Assembly (NCBI GenBank): GCA_964406495.1 | Contig: CAYOSB010000002.1 | Coordinates: forward strand, 5,044-69,043 | Reading direction: 5' to 3' | From: an uncultured Bacteroidaceae bacterium | Lineage (GTDB): Bacteria; Bacteroidota; Bacteroidia; Bacteroidales; GCA-2748055 | Length of the DNA stretch: 64,000 bases | Part shown: positions 48,730 to 58,380 of the stretch, one piece after another | How positions within the stretch are numbered: the stretch's first letter is position 1 | Layout of the letters: each line of letters starts with the position of its first letter | Translations under genes and position numbers: made by a program | Notes under the pieces: generated by a model | What the model was told of the DNA's origin: nothing | Database searches by the model: none | The model's input: only the letters and a program-made list of their open reading frames with translations

Positions 48730-50187
48730 TCAGAACGACCAGCCGTTATGATATGTATGCTTGATCCATTCGTTGCTCATTTCCAGTGCGTTTTGCTCTA
48801 CCCATGACTGTGCCTGGCGCTCCACTTTCCTGGTAACAATATCGCTTGAGAATGGGGACAACTTCGCTGTCCTGATCGTCTCGGATGCGCCAATATTGCT
48901 GACTTTCATGTTTTCGCTGTCCCATTCCAGGGTTTTTTGAAGCGATTGCAACCTGACAGCCAGGTTGCCCATGACCACCATTTCATTGAACGGACCGGCA
49001 TATCCAAAGTTAGATGATGGTACTCCATCATTCTTACAGCACTCCACGAAGTTCATTTCATGTCTTCCTCCACCCAGCGGATGATCCGGGATCCTGCCAA
49101 GATCCACTTTGGTCTGCGGCATAAACGCTTCCCCGTTCCTGTAGGTTTTCCAGTTAGCTCCATAGCTTTCCGCGATCAGTGTACCTTCGGTTCCTATGAA
49201 CATAAACCCTCCTCCCGGCTTCATCGGGGCATCATTTGGCAGGTCATAGGGACGCGGAGGCATCAAACCTCCATCATACCAGGTGAGTTCCAGCTCCGGA
49301 AGTGCCTGGTAAGGCAGGTTCTTTCGTGCAGGAAACTTATAACTTACTTTGGAAGCTACCGGGGCGCTTTCAGTATTTACAAGCGAAGAACTGGCCTGGA
49401 AAGCGAAAGGGTGTCCCAGTTGAAGTGCGAAATTCGGAACATCGAGCAGGTGACATCCCATGTCACCCAGGGCACCCGTTCCAAAATCCCACCAGCCACG
49501 CCATATCCAGGGGTGGTATTCAGGATTATATCCACGCATTTCTGCCGGACCAATAAACAAATCCCAGTCCAGTGTTCGCGGAATTCTCACTACTTTATCA
49601 GGCTTTGGCATGCCCTGTCTCCAGATGGGCCTGTTCGTCCAAACATGTGCTTCCCGGATCACACCCAGGCAACCACTCTGAACAACTTCTGCAACTTCAT
49701 ACACCGTATCACTGGAGTGTCCTTCATTCCCCATCTGGGTAACCACACCCGCTTTTTTCGCCAGATCTGTAAGATACCGGGATTCCCACACAGAATGTGT
49801 CAGGGGTTTTTGAAGATAAACATGTTTTCCGAGTTCCATTGCTGCAGCTGCTGAAAGCGCATGCGTGTGATCAGGAGTAGCAATCACCACCGCATCAATG
49901 TCCTTCTGCTCATCGAACATTTTCCGAAAGTCCTGGTATTTTTTTGCATCAGGATACGTTTCGAACACCGGCTTCGCATAATCAAAGTCTACATCGCATA
50001 ATGCTACAATGTTCTGCCCGACCATGTTTCTCAGGTTCACCTTTCCTTTTCCTCCCACACCTATTCCTGCTATATTCAGCCGGTCACTTGGAGGAGTATG
50101 ACCAAGTCCGGAAACCGCAAAACTTGGAACAACAGTCAGGGCGAGTCCGCTTGCAGTGGCGTTTTTAATAAAATCTCTTCGTTGCAT
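48730..50187 (-). CDS. Tat-exported Gfo/Idh/MocA oxidoreductase (GH109-like architecture)
   Basis: Start moved to the Met at 50187, giving the Tat motif MQRRDFIKNATASGLALTVVPSFA. Motifs NIAGIGVGGKGKVNL and YLQKPLTHS. The gene is 38 bp upstream of the DUF1080 gene on the same strand. Confidence 0.9.
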   Translation of the reverse strand: MQRRDFIKNATASGLALTVVPSFAVSGLGHTPPSDRLNIAGIGVGGKGKVNLRNMVGQNIVALCDVDFDYAKPVFETYPDAKKYQDFRKMFDEQKDIDAVVIATPDHTHALSAAAAMELGKHVYLQKPLTHSVWESRYLTDLAKKAGVVTQMGNEGHSSDTVYEVAEVVQSGCLGVIREAHVWTNRPIWRQGMPKPDKVVRIPRTLDWDLFIGPAEMRGYNPEYHPWIWRGWWDFGTGALGDMGCHLLDVPNFALQLGHPFAFQASSSLVNTESAPVASKVSYKFPARKNLPYQALPELELTWYDGGLMPPRPYDLPNDAPMKPGGGFMFIGTEGTLIAESYGANWKTYRNGEAFMPQTKVDLGRIPDHPLGGGRHEMNFVECCKNDGVPSSNFGYAGPFNEMVVMGNLAVRLQSLQKTLEWDSENMKVSNIGASETIRTAKLSPFSSDIVTRKVERQAQSWVEQNALEMSNEWIKHTYHNGWSF

Positions 50188-50481
50188 ATGAATTGGTTTT
50201 AGTTGGTTGTTGGTTGATTGCCTCTCACAAATATAAATTAACATGAAAACGATTAAGAAAAAATTAATTCTGGATAAATATCCATGCAGGTAAACCAATA
50301 AATCAATAAAAATAAATCAATAATTATTACGGGACTTATAATTGAAACAATGGCAAATCAAATCAAAACTCAACGCTTAATCCAATAATTGACACCTGAA
50401 TTCCTGCCTGTTAAGCATAATTTAATCCTTTTTTATATCCCTGAATCTATCTTTAATCAAGATTTAAATACAAATAACACT

Positions 50482-52806
50482 ATGAATACGTTAATTAATA
50501 GACTTTCTGTACTGTTGTTGTTAGCATTGGTCCTTGCTAACGGTTGTGAACAGGATCAACCTGAGAAAAAACAGCCTGTGGACTATGTGAACCCATTTAT
50601 CGGAACCATGGGCTCAGGCGAGCGAAAAAGTACAGATGGCAGGACCCATCCGGGTGCCTGCGTTCCTTTTGGCATGACCAAATGGATCCCTGCAAATATT
50701 GATGGTCCCAGCGATCCATACAAGTATGTGGAAGGAAGCAGACGAATGCGTCTATATCCGGAAATTATAAAAGAAGAAATATTCGGATTCAGGGGATCAC
50801 ATTATCCAAATGGTTCACACATGCGTGATTATGGAAGCTATGATTTTATGCCCATTGTTGGTAACCTGAAATTTACCACGGATGAGCGAGTATCAAAAAT
50901 CAGTCATGAGAAAGAATCGGCCTCCCCGGGATACTATTCAGTGTTCCTGGAGGATCATAAAACACTTGCAGAGATAACCGCTACCGAAAGAAGTGGATAT
51001 TTCAGGTTTTCATTTCCCGATACCAACCAGGTCCATATCATCACTGATACACGGATGGGTGATGGTTTTATTCAAATCGTGCCGGAAAAAAACCAGGTCA
51101 TAGGCTACGGAGGCTATTCATTTTTCGGAAGGACCAAAGGATATTTCGTGGCGCAATTCAGCAAAGATTTTTCTTCCTGGGGTACATGGGATCAAGAGGT
51201 TTCGGAAAAGGCAAAAGAAGTAAGTGGTGAACATGTAAAATCATTTGTCAGTTTTGATACCAACGGAGAGGAAACGATCGAAGTTAAAATAGGAACCTCC
51301 TTTATAGATATTGAAACAGCGCTCGCCAACCTGGAAAATGAAATCGGCAGCAAGAAATTCGCAGAAGTCAAAAAAGAAGCCAGGGAAGCATGGAATGAAA
51401 AACTAAGCAGAATTGAAGTTCAGGGTGGAACCGAGGCGGATAAAATCAAATTCTATACATCACTCTACCTGGTCCATTTCGAACCCAGGATTTCTTCCAG
51501 TGGCGGGCGATACTACAGTGTTTTTGATGAAACAATTCATGAGACCGGGGAAGGATCTGAATTCTACAATGATTTCTCCCTGTGGGATACCTATCGCAAT
51601 AAACATGCGCTCATGACCCTTCTTGAACCAAAGATTGAAGGCGATATGATGCAATCCCTCGTTAATATGTATAAACAAGGCGGATGGATTCCCAAATGGC
51701 CGAACCCTGGATATTCGAGTGTGATGATCGGGGCGCCGGCAACACCGGTTTTTGCTGATGCCTATTTGAAAGGAATCCGGAACTTTGACATAGAAACTGC
51801 TTATGAAGGTTTAGTAAAGAATCATACTGTTAAGCCTGATCCCAATGAGTTTAAGAACGGGATGAGATACAGGGGTATGGACGGAGTTGAAGACTATATG
51901 AAATATGGCTATGTTCCCTTTGATCTCCACAGCAGTTCTGCATCCAAGACTGTTGAAGCAGCATTTGCAGATTGGGCGTTGGCTCAACTGGCAAAAGAGT
52001 TGGGGAAGGAAGATGATTACGAATACTATCTTAAGAGATCCGGTAACTATAAGAACCTGATCGATACTGAGACAGGATATCTCAGGGCAAAAGACACTAA
52101 AGGAAACTGGATAGCGCCTTTCGATCCCATCTCAGAAGATGATTACCTGAACAATGGGCTGGATTGGAGACCCAGGGAAAACTACCCTTATATTACCGAA
52201 GGTACCCCCTTGCACTGGACCTGGCATGTAATGCATGATCCCCGGGGATTGATTCAACTGCTCGGGGGAAAAGAAAAGTTTACCGAGAAACTGGAGTTTT
52301 CCTTAATAAAAGGCGAACCTTACAATTTCGGCGAATGGAACCCATGGTTCAATCAATCTAATCAACCCGTAATGCATGCCGTGTATTTATTCAATGATGC
52401 GGGTGCGCCATGGAAAACACAGAAATGGATCAGGACCATCATGGAGAAATCCTATGGAACAGGACCCGACGGCATGGTCGGGAACGATGATGTCGGGACG
52501 ATGTCGGCATGGTATGTATTCAGCGCGATGGGCTTTTACCCGGTCGCCCCTGGAGAGCTAAAATACTCCATGGGAAGCCCGGTTTTTGATAAAATCATCA
52601 TTCACCTGCCGGAGTATCTCTATGGGGGGAAGGATTTCACGATCATTGCTGAAAACAATTCCCCGGAAAATAAATATATCCAGTCTGCAACTATCAACGG
52701 GGATTCGCTTAACAAGCCATGGATTGACCATACGACCATTAAAGAAGGCAGCACCCTTACACTGCAAATGGGAAACAACCCCAATAAGAATTGGGGGAAC
52801 AGGTAA
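50482..52806 (+). CDS. GH92 glycoside hydrolase (alpha-mannosidase family), more canonical type
   Basis: The track ORF starts at a TTG at 50389. The ATG at 50482 gives signal MNTLINRLSVLLLLALVLANGC. Motifs VDYVNPFIGT, HPGACVPFGM, FYTSLYLVHF and GNDDVGTMSAWYVFSAMGFYPVAPG. Confidence 0.9.
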   Translation: MNTLINRLSVLLLLALVLANGCEQDQPEKKQPVDYVNPFIGTMGSGERKSTDGRTHPGACVPFGMTKWIPANIDGPSDPYKYVEGSRRMRLYPEIIKEEIFGFRGSHYPNGSHMRDYGSYDFMPIVGNLKFTTDERVSKISHEKESASPGYYSVFLEDHKTLAEITATERSGYFRFSFPDTNQVHIITDTRMGDGFIQIVPEKNQVIGYGGYSFFGRTKGYFVAQFSKDFSSWGTWDQEVSEKAKEVSGEHVKSFVSFDTNGEETIEVKIGTSFIDIETALANLENEIGSKKFAEVKKEAREAWNEKLSRIEVQGGTEADKIKFYTSLYLVHFEPRISSSGGRYYSVFDETIHETGEGSEFYNDFSLWDTYRNKHALMTLLEPKIEGDMMQSLVNMYKQGGWIPKWPNPGYSSVMIGAPATPVFADAYLKGIRNFDIETAYEGLVKNHTVKPDPNEFKNGMRYRGMDGVEDYMKYGYVPFDLHSSSASKTVEAAFADWALAQLAKELGKEDDYEYYLKRSGNYKNLIDTETGYLRAKDTKGNWIAPFDPISEDDYLNNGLDWRPRENYPYITEGTPLHWTWHVMHDPRGLIQLLGGKEKFTEKLEFSLIKGEPYNFGEWNPWFNQSNQPVMHAVYLFNDAGAPWKTQKWIRTIMEKSYGTGPDGMVGNDDVGTMSAWYVFSAMGFYPVAPGELKYSMGSPVFDKIIIHLPEYLYGGKDFTIIAENNSPENKYIQSATINGDSLNKPWIDHTTIKEGSTLTLQMGNNPNKNWGNR

Positions 52807-52883
52807 TCGCATACCTGGTGCTTCCAAAAAATATTCAGCTCAGATTGATCTGTTCAAATGCTACATGATGAGCGGCAGGACTA

Positions 52884-53522
52884 TTAATCGAGCTCTTTGA
52901 TCCGTATGTTCCGGAAACTGTATACCTGGCCATCCTCTCCATGGTGCTGCAGGGCAATGTGACCTTTCGCATCCATATCGTCAGTATAATCTGTGCATAA
53001 TACATCGTTAACATAGATGCGCAGCCGGGTGCCTTCTGCATGGATCCGGTATTTATTCCAGCCGTAACGCTTAAATGATCCTTCTGTCTTTTCGCGGAAT
53101 GCATCTCCTGAAGGGGAATCATTGGGTTTCTGCGGATATAACCAGCCACGGCGTCCCTCATCGTAAAGTCCGCCCGACCAGGCACGGTCAGAAGCATCGA
53201 CTTCCGCCTGGTAGCCCCATACTTTGTTAGGCTTCACATGGCACCTGAACATAAATCCCGAATTGGATTTACCTTCCGGCAATTTGACCTCTCCCTCAAA
53301 GATAAAGTCAGAATAAGTATCCTCAGTAACGAGAAAGAACTTTTTGTCGGCAACCAGGTGAATTTCACCATCCACCACTTCCGCTTCTCCCCAGTCATAA
53401 GGATTCATCCATCCATTGAGAGTTGATCCGTCGAAAAGATCCACCCATCCCGCTCCACTTTCCCGTGGGGATGAAAAATTAAAAGCTGAAAGAACAAGAA
53501 TTGTTAAGACTAATGTTTTCAT
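52884..53522 (-). CDS. Secreted DUF1080 (3-keto-disaccharide-hydrolase-like) protein
   Basis: Start at the Met at 53522 (MKTLVLTILVLSAFNF). Motifs WVDLFDGSTLNGW, NSGFMFR, GYQAEVD and HIALQHHGEDGQVYSFRNIRIKEL. Confidence 0.85.
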   Translation of the reverse strand: MKTLVLTILVLSAFNFSSPRESGAGWVDLFDGSTLNGWMNPYDWGEAEVVDGEIHLVADKKFFLVTEDTYSDFIFEGEVKLPEGKSNSGFMFRCHVKPNKVWGYQAEVDASDRAWSGGLYDEGRRGWLYPQKPNDSPSGDAFREKTEGSFKRYGWNKYRIHAEGTRLRIYVNDVLCTDYTDDMDAKGHIALQHHGEDGQVYSFRNIRIKELD

Positions 53523-53652
53523 AATTAAATATTTATGAGTGTTTTGATAAGCATGAAATAATAACCGGTTTCTATAATGATGGTCGGTCGCACCGCAATT
53601 TCGCAAAAAATTCTGTTTATTCCCACTTGTGGCCTGTCGCTTTGATCATTTT

Positions 53653-56508
53653 CTACAGACGCCAGGGCTCCAGTTCCTCGCTTTTCCAAACGATTTCCCT
53701 TTTGCCTCCTGCATCTTCGCGAACTATCACCAGGCTTCTCCCGGCAGTAATCCCCAGCAAATAAGTACCCAGCTTTTCAATCTCCGGGGTTGTATAGGGT
53801 GTTGCTTCCACATTGCCGGGGGTACCACGATAGATCACCAGCTGTCCCCTTTCAAGGGCTACAAAATGCGGTGCACCATGGTCATTATGCATCATTGCTT
53901 TCCAAAGCATGCCCCTGGTATTTTCCGGGGAGCCATCATACAGGATCAGGCGGCCGTCATCCCGCAACCGGATAAAACACTCCAACCGGGGAAATTCAAA
54001 GACATCTTCATCGGTAAATATATCTCCCTCTTCGAGGATAACCTGGTGGATTTCATCCTGCCAGTCCATCGCCCGGTCTTCTGAAACAGATCCAATTGTA
54101 ATTTGGATCTCCCGTTTACCGATGGTCCCGGTATGGTCCTCAGCAACTGCCATGAGCTCATACACTCCCGGTGCCAGCCCTTTCAGTAATGGATCGCTTG
54201 CCTCGCTCCATGTCATTGGCTTTCCCCTGTGCGGCTTTAATTTCAGACCGTTGAAGTACAGCATAATTTCCCTGATACCATCTGCGTCCTCGGCCACCAA
54301 CTCTGCCCGCAGGTCGGTTCCTGCCGGCAATTCAATACCATCTGACAGGTTAGTAAAATGCACTTCGGGGGCATCTCCCTCCCGCCTGACGGTCTCAACC
54401 TCTTGCTCTACTTCTGATAAAATGCTTTCCCAATCCATATAACTGGTTCTTTGCATCAATTGAGACCTGTATTGCGATGAAACTATCGCTGTATATGCTT
54501 TCCATTCATCAACTGCATCTTCCAGGTGTGCAACGGCATCATCACTGAATTGTTTTTGCTGTGTGGTGACCCGAAACGCTGCCAGTTTGGCCGCACCACG
54601 CATTTTATCTGCATAATAGCGCCCCAGGTAAGCCATCGCCTCAATGTCATTTAACGTTTCGGTCAATTCTGCCTGTTCTGCAGCCTGTGCCCGCAAGTCC
54701 GGAATGAGTGCGAGTGCTCTTGCCGCATAAGTATCCAGTTGATCCGCTACCTGAAAGGGTGTGATTCCAGGTAACTGATCACCGTTCACAATGGCCTCTC
54801 CCCATTCCTGCACGGAGTGAATGCCAGATCCGATCATCGGCCAGAATGAAAAATTGTAGTCATCGATAGTAAGGAATCCTCTCCTGTCAATACATCCTTC
54901 AGGTGCAAGGTGTGCATCATTGGGACAGAAGGTGGCATTGTTGACCAGGGGTATAATTTCACCTGTGGCTGCCCAGGCATCATAAAGTTTCCCGGGATCA
55001 ATACCCGGAAACCGATACCGCAGGTTCGCCTCCCAGTAATCCCGTCCAAGATTTGGATCATACGCAAGCTCTCCCCACATGCGGAAACGGTACCAGTGTT
55101 TATCGATCTCCAGTTTTCCGGATGTTTCCGGGTTTTTGGAAATAAATTCACGTCCCCAAACATATCCGTCTGACCCCATATAAAATCCTGCCATCACATC
55201 ATGCGGCATCAATTGGATATAATCCCGCACATAATCCGGATTACCCCAGCGCAACACAAACATGTCATCGTTTCGCAGGTTGAGCCAGCTGCGAACCCAG
55301 TACTTCTCCACATCATCCCGAAACCAGCGGTCAAACAACTGTGGATGTCGGCCGGTATACATATGCCCGATCGCATATTTAAAACTGGTTTCAAATTTAT
55401 CGGGAAAATCCTCAAATGCAGTTGTTATGGGTCCCAGTCCTGTCATATGCCGGCGAAAAATGAACCGGACATTCCGCTCTGGTTGCTGTTCAAGTACATC
55501 CATGATGCCCCGTCCATAGGTGTTGAAGAGAAAATTTTCGATCGAGTACTGGCCCGCAATATGATTATCCGCATTTTCTCCAGCAGTGACCCCAATACCG
55601 GCGATCTGGGGATAGGTCTTCAGGGCCTCACGGACACATTCCCTCATGTAATCATTTGTAACAGGGTTGGTCTGGTCAGGGGTAATACCGTGTTTACCGG
55701 TCGCACCAAAGGTCATGACATTCCAATGAAACAGGTAGATCTCAATCCCGCGATCCCCTGCATATTCAAATACCATTTGCCAGTATTTGATCTTATCTTC
55801 GATCGGGATCTTTTTGACCAATTCAATTGTTCCTGGTTTTTCGAGGTCCACATCCTGCAACCTGTTTTTGTGTTCTGATTTGAATACACCTTCGCTGACA
55901 CGGTAAACATCATCAAGGGCTACTTCGGGAAAATCGTCCAGTTGGATGATGGAAGGGTAAGGATGTGTGCTCCAAAGGCTCAACACATTATAGCGGTAGC
56001 GTGCCAGGTCATCTAAATAGGCCTTCCAGAACTCAATATCCCAGACCGTTTCGATATTGTTCTGGGCATTGTCGCCAGTGTCATCGTATGAAGGGGTCCG
56101 GGCATCCCATGGAATATTGAATTTCATACCTCGTTTTCTTACAAAAGGCTCTTTTTTAACGTTTTCCACCGGTAATCCCAATCTGATCCGCTCAGCCAGT
56201 TCAATTCCACCGTACATTGCCCCATTTGCATCCGACCCGGTAATTTCAATGATCCCAGGTTGTACTAACAGGATTTCAAATGCTTCGGGCGAATCCCTGT
56301 CATGGCTGACGGACAGTGTTACATGGAGCGTTTGCTGTCCGGCTTCTGCAAGTGCACGTTCCAATTCGCCGGCAGCAAACGCCACCTGTGGAATACTTGC
56401 ATCATATTCAACCTGGGCAATGATATGATAAGGCACCAGGATTCCTGAAAAAAGCACCGAGAACAAAAAATATATTGATTTCTTCATCATAGGGTAGGTA
56501 TTTCCCAT
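53653..56508 (-). CDS. Uncharacterised GH-like protein (paralog of 45674-47854) with C-terminal Ig-like and bulb-lectin-like modules
   Basis: 951 aa.
- N-terminal and core blocks: NGAMYGGIELAERIRLG, RKRGMKFNIPWDARTPSYDDTGDNAQNNIETVWDIEFWKAYLDDLARYRYNVLSLWSTHPYPSII.
- C-terminal 114 aa: three repeats of the type CFIRLRDDGRLILYDG / HFVALERGQLVIYRG / YLLGITAGRSLVIVRED.
- The start may be 56490 (MMKKSIYF). Confidence 0.75.
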   Translation of the reverse strand: MGNTYPMMKKSIYFLFSVLFSGILVPYHIIAQVEYDASIPQVAFAAGELERALAEAGQQTLHVTLSVSHDRDSPEAFEILLVQPGIIEITGSDANGAMYGGIELAERIRLGLPVENVKKEPFVRKRGMKFNIPWDARTPSYDDTGDNAQNNIETVWDIEFWKAYLDDLARYRYNVLSLWSTHPYPSIIQLDDFPEVALDDVYRVSEGVFKSEHKNRLQDVDLEKPGTIELVKKIPIEDKIKYWQMVFEYAGDRGIEIYLFHWNVMTFGATGKHGITPDQTNPVTNDYMRECVREALKTYPQIAGIGVTAGENADNHIAGQYSIENFLFNTYGRGIMDVLEQQPERNVRFIFRRHMTGLGPITTAFEDFPDKFETSFKYAIGHMYTGRHPQLFDRWFRDDVEKYWVRSWLNLRNDDMFVLRWGNPDYVRDYIQLMPHDVMAGFYMGSDGYVWGREFISKNPETSGKLEIDKHWYRFRMWGELAYDPNLGRDYWEANLRYRFPGIDPGKLYDAWAATGEIIPLVNNATFCPNDAHLAPEGCIDRRGFLTIDDYNFSFWPMIGSGIHSVQEWGEAIVNGDQLPGITPFQVADQLDTYAARALALIPDLRAQAAEQAELTETLNDIEAMAYLGRYYADKMRGAAKLAAFRVTTQQKQFSDDAVAHLEDAVDEWKAYTAIVSSQYRSQLMQRTSYMDWESILSEVEQEVETVRREGDAPEVHFTNLSDGIELPAGTDLRAELVAEDADGIREIMLYFNGLKLKPHRGKPMTWSEASDPLLKGLAPGVYELMAVAEDHTGTIGKREIQITIGSVSEDRAMDWQDEIHQVILEEGDIFTDEDVFEFPRLECFIRLRDDGRLILYDGSPENTRGMLWKAMMHNDHGAPHFVALERGQLVIYRGTPGNVEATPYTTPEIEKLGTYLLGITAGRSLVIVREDAGGKREIVWKSEELEPWRL

Positions 56509-56657
56509 ATCTTAATATTTCTACAGGCCGCAGTGAAGTTTTTATCTGCACCCACTTCCCTTCTTTTGCCCCGTGGATTTGCATGCCCTTTTGTGCTTGC
56601 TTCCTCTGAACCTTTAGCTCGGCGGAAGCCAAATTAAAATGCTCAATGATGAGGGTT

Positions 56658-58253
56658 TCATTCTGATAATTCTTTAATAACTTCAGGGTGCTGTCTTGCT
56701 GCGTATTCCTCCTCTGTGACCCAGCTCAGATCTTTCCAGTAATAAGTATCATTCATCTGAAGTGGTCCAACTGTTGTTCGTCCATTTAATACGATATCAA
56801 TTGCTTTTTGCGTAAGCTCTGCAACAATTTCCGGATGTCTGGCAGCGACATCATTCTCCTCTGATGGATCATCGGATAAATTGAAAAGCGCTTTCTTATT
56901 ACCGGCAATATGGAAGATTAATTTCCAGTTGCCTTCAGTGATCGCATAGTCACCCCTGTTTGAATGATTGATCAAAGGCAATCTGGCATGGTTTGTTGTT
57001 GGCTTTCGCAGCACATTGGCAAAGCTGTAACTATCCACTCCTCCATCTGCCGGTAATTCGGCACCAATGATTTCAGCAAATGTTGCCAGCAGATCAACCT
57101 GACCAACAATCCCATTCCAGGTTCGGCCCGGGCTCTTTACGCCATTTGGCCATTGAACGATAAAAGGAACACGATGTCCGCCCTCATAGATCGAACGTTT
57201 ACCGTCCCTGTAAATGTAATTGCTAAAGTGTCCAAAATCGTCTATTCTTTCCCTCCATGAATTTTCCGGACCATTATCGCTGCTGAACACAACCAGGGTA
57301 TTCTGATCCAATCCGGATTTCTCAAGGTAATCAAGGATTTGACCGACATGATGGTCCGTTTCTATGACAAACTCGCCATAAGCTCCGGCCTCGCCCTGAC
57401 CATGAAAATCAGGTAAGGGACACACCGGGTAATGCGGAGAAGTATAGGCCAGGTAAAGAAAGAAAGGTTTGCCATTTTCAGCATCCGCCTTTTTCCCATT
57501 CATCCATTCAATAGCTTTGTCAGTGAAACGAGTCAGACATAAGCTATCCGCAAAATCCGGGGCCACCTCCATACCCCTTCTATTTAACAGCACTTTGGTT
57601 GCTTCCGGATTTTCCTGGTACGGTGGAATGATCCGGTAATCCACATGTCGTGCATTTGGTTTTTTCGCTGTATATAGTATAGGTGGCACTTTTGCATAGC
57701 GGCCTTCGAACCAGGCGAGGACTCCATAGTTTAATGATGCCGGTATGCCGTAGAAATATTCAAAACCTTTGTCCAGCGGCATATCCAAAACAGGCCTGCT
57801 CCAATCGCGATCCTCCGGGGTTCCGGGGAAGTCCATGCCGAGGTGCCACTTTCCAACCATTCCGGTATTGTATCCGTTGTCGCGCAACATCGAAGCCAGT
57901 GTCATGCGGTCATCGTTAATCAGGCACTCTGCTTCTGCTCCGAGTACCCCCCGCTTTTTTACGGTCCGCCAACAATAACGACCGGTCAGTAAACCATAGC
58001 GTGAGGGTGTACATACTGCATCAGCACTATGCGCATTTGTAAAAAGAATACCTCCTTTTGCCATGCGATCAAGATTAGGAGTTTCGAATTTTGCGTCCGG
58101 ATTCAACAGGCTCATATCTCCAAACCCCTGGTCATCGGTGTAAATAACAATGATATTGGGCTTTTCAGGTAAATCACCGGTGCAGGAGTGCATCACAGCA
58201 GCAATGACAATAAAACCAAAAGTGCTAATTATGATTGTCTTATTTAATTTCAT
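56658..58253 (-). CDS. Arylsulfatase (Cys-type)
   Basis: 531 aa. Lipoprotein signal VMHSCTG. Motifs PNIIVIYTDDQGFGD, ADAVCTPSRYGLLTGRYCWRT and GKWHLG. Confidence 0.95.
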   Translation of the reverse strand: MKLNKTIIISTFGFIVIAAVMHSCTGDLPEKPNIIVIYTDDQGFGDMSLLNPDAKFETPNLDRMAKGGILFTNAHSADAVCTPSRYGLLTGRYCWRTVKKRGVLGAEAECLINDDRMTLASMLRDNGYNTGMVGKWHLGMDFPGTPEDRDWSRPVLDMPLDKGFEYFYGIPASLNYGVLAWFEGRYAKVPPILYTAKKPNARHVDYRIIPPYQENPEATKVLLNRRGMEVAPDFADSLCLTRFTDKAIEWMNGKKADAENGKPFFLYLAYTSPHYPVCPLPDFHGQGEAGAYGEFVIETDHHVGQILDYLEKSGLDQNTLVVFSSDNGPENSWRERIDDFGHFSNYIYRDGKRSIYEGGHRVPFIVQWPNGVKSPGRTWNGIVGQVDLLATFAEIIGAELPADGGVDSYSFANVLRKPTTNHARLPLINHSNRGDYAITEGNWKLIFHIAGNKKALFNLSDDPSEENDVAARHPEIVAELTQKAIDIVLNGRTTVGPLQMNDTYYWKDLSWVTEEEYAARQHPEVIKELSE

Positions 58254-58380
58254 AACAGGTTAATCGTTGCTCATCCATGCAATCGTTTTGTTCTCCCCTT
58301 TACCTTGATAAACGGCAAGTCTTTTTTGATGCAGTAATTTCAAGTTTAAATGGACCCGTGTCTGATTCCAGGAAACCGGG

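Noticed and set aside
50389-50481. N-terminal extensions in the ORF track, for example the TTG start at 50389, and the starts at 3237, 14677, 16099, 36088, 50298, 53606 and 61800
   Set aside because: Downstream ATG codons give canonical signal, lipoprotein or Tat peptides immediately. The upstream extensions lack such features and run into promoter-like AT-rich DNA. I trimmed the starts accordingly, but they are not experimentally verified.
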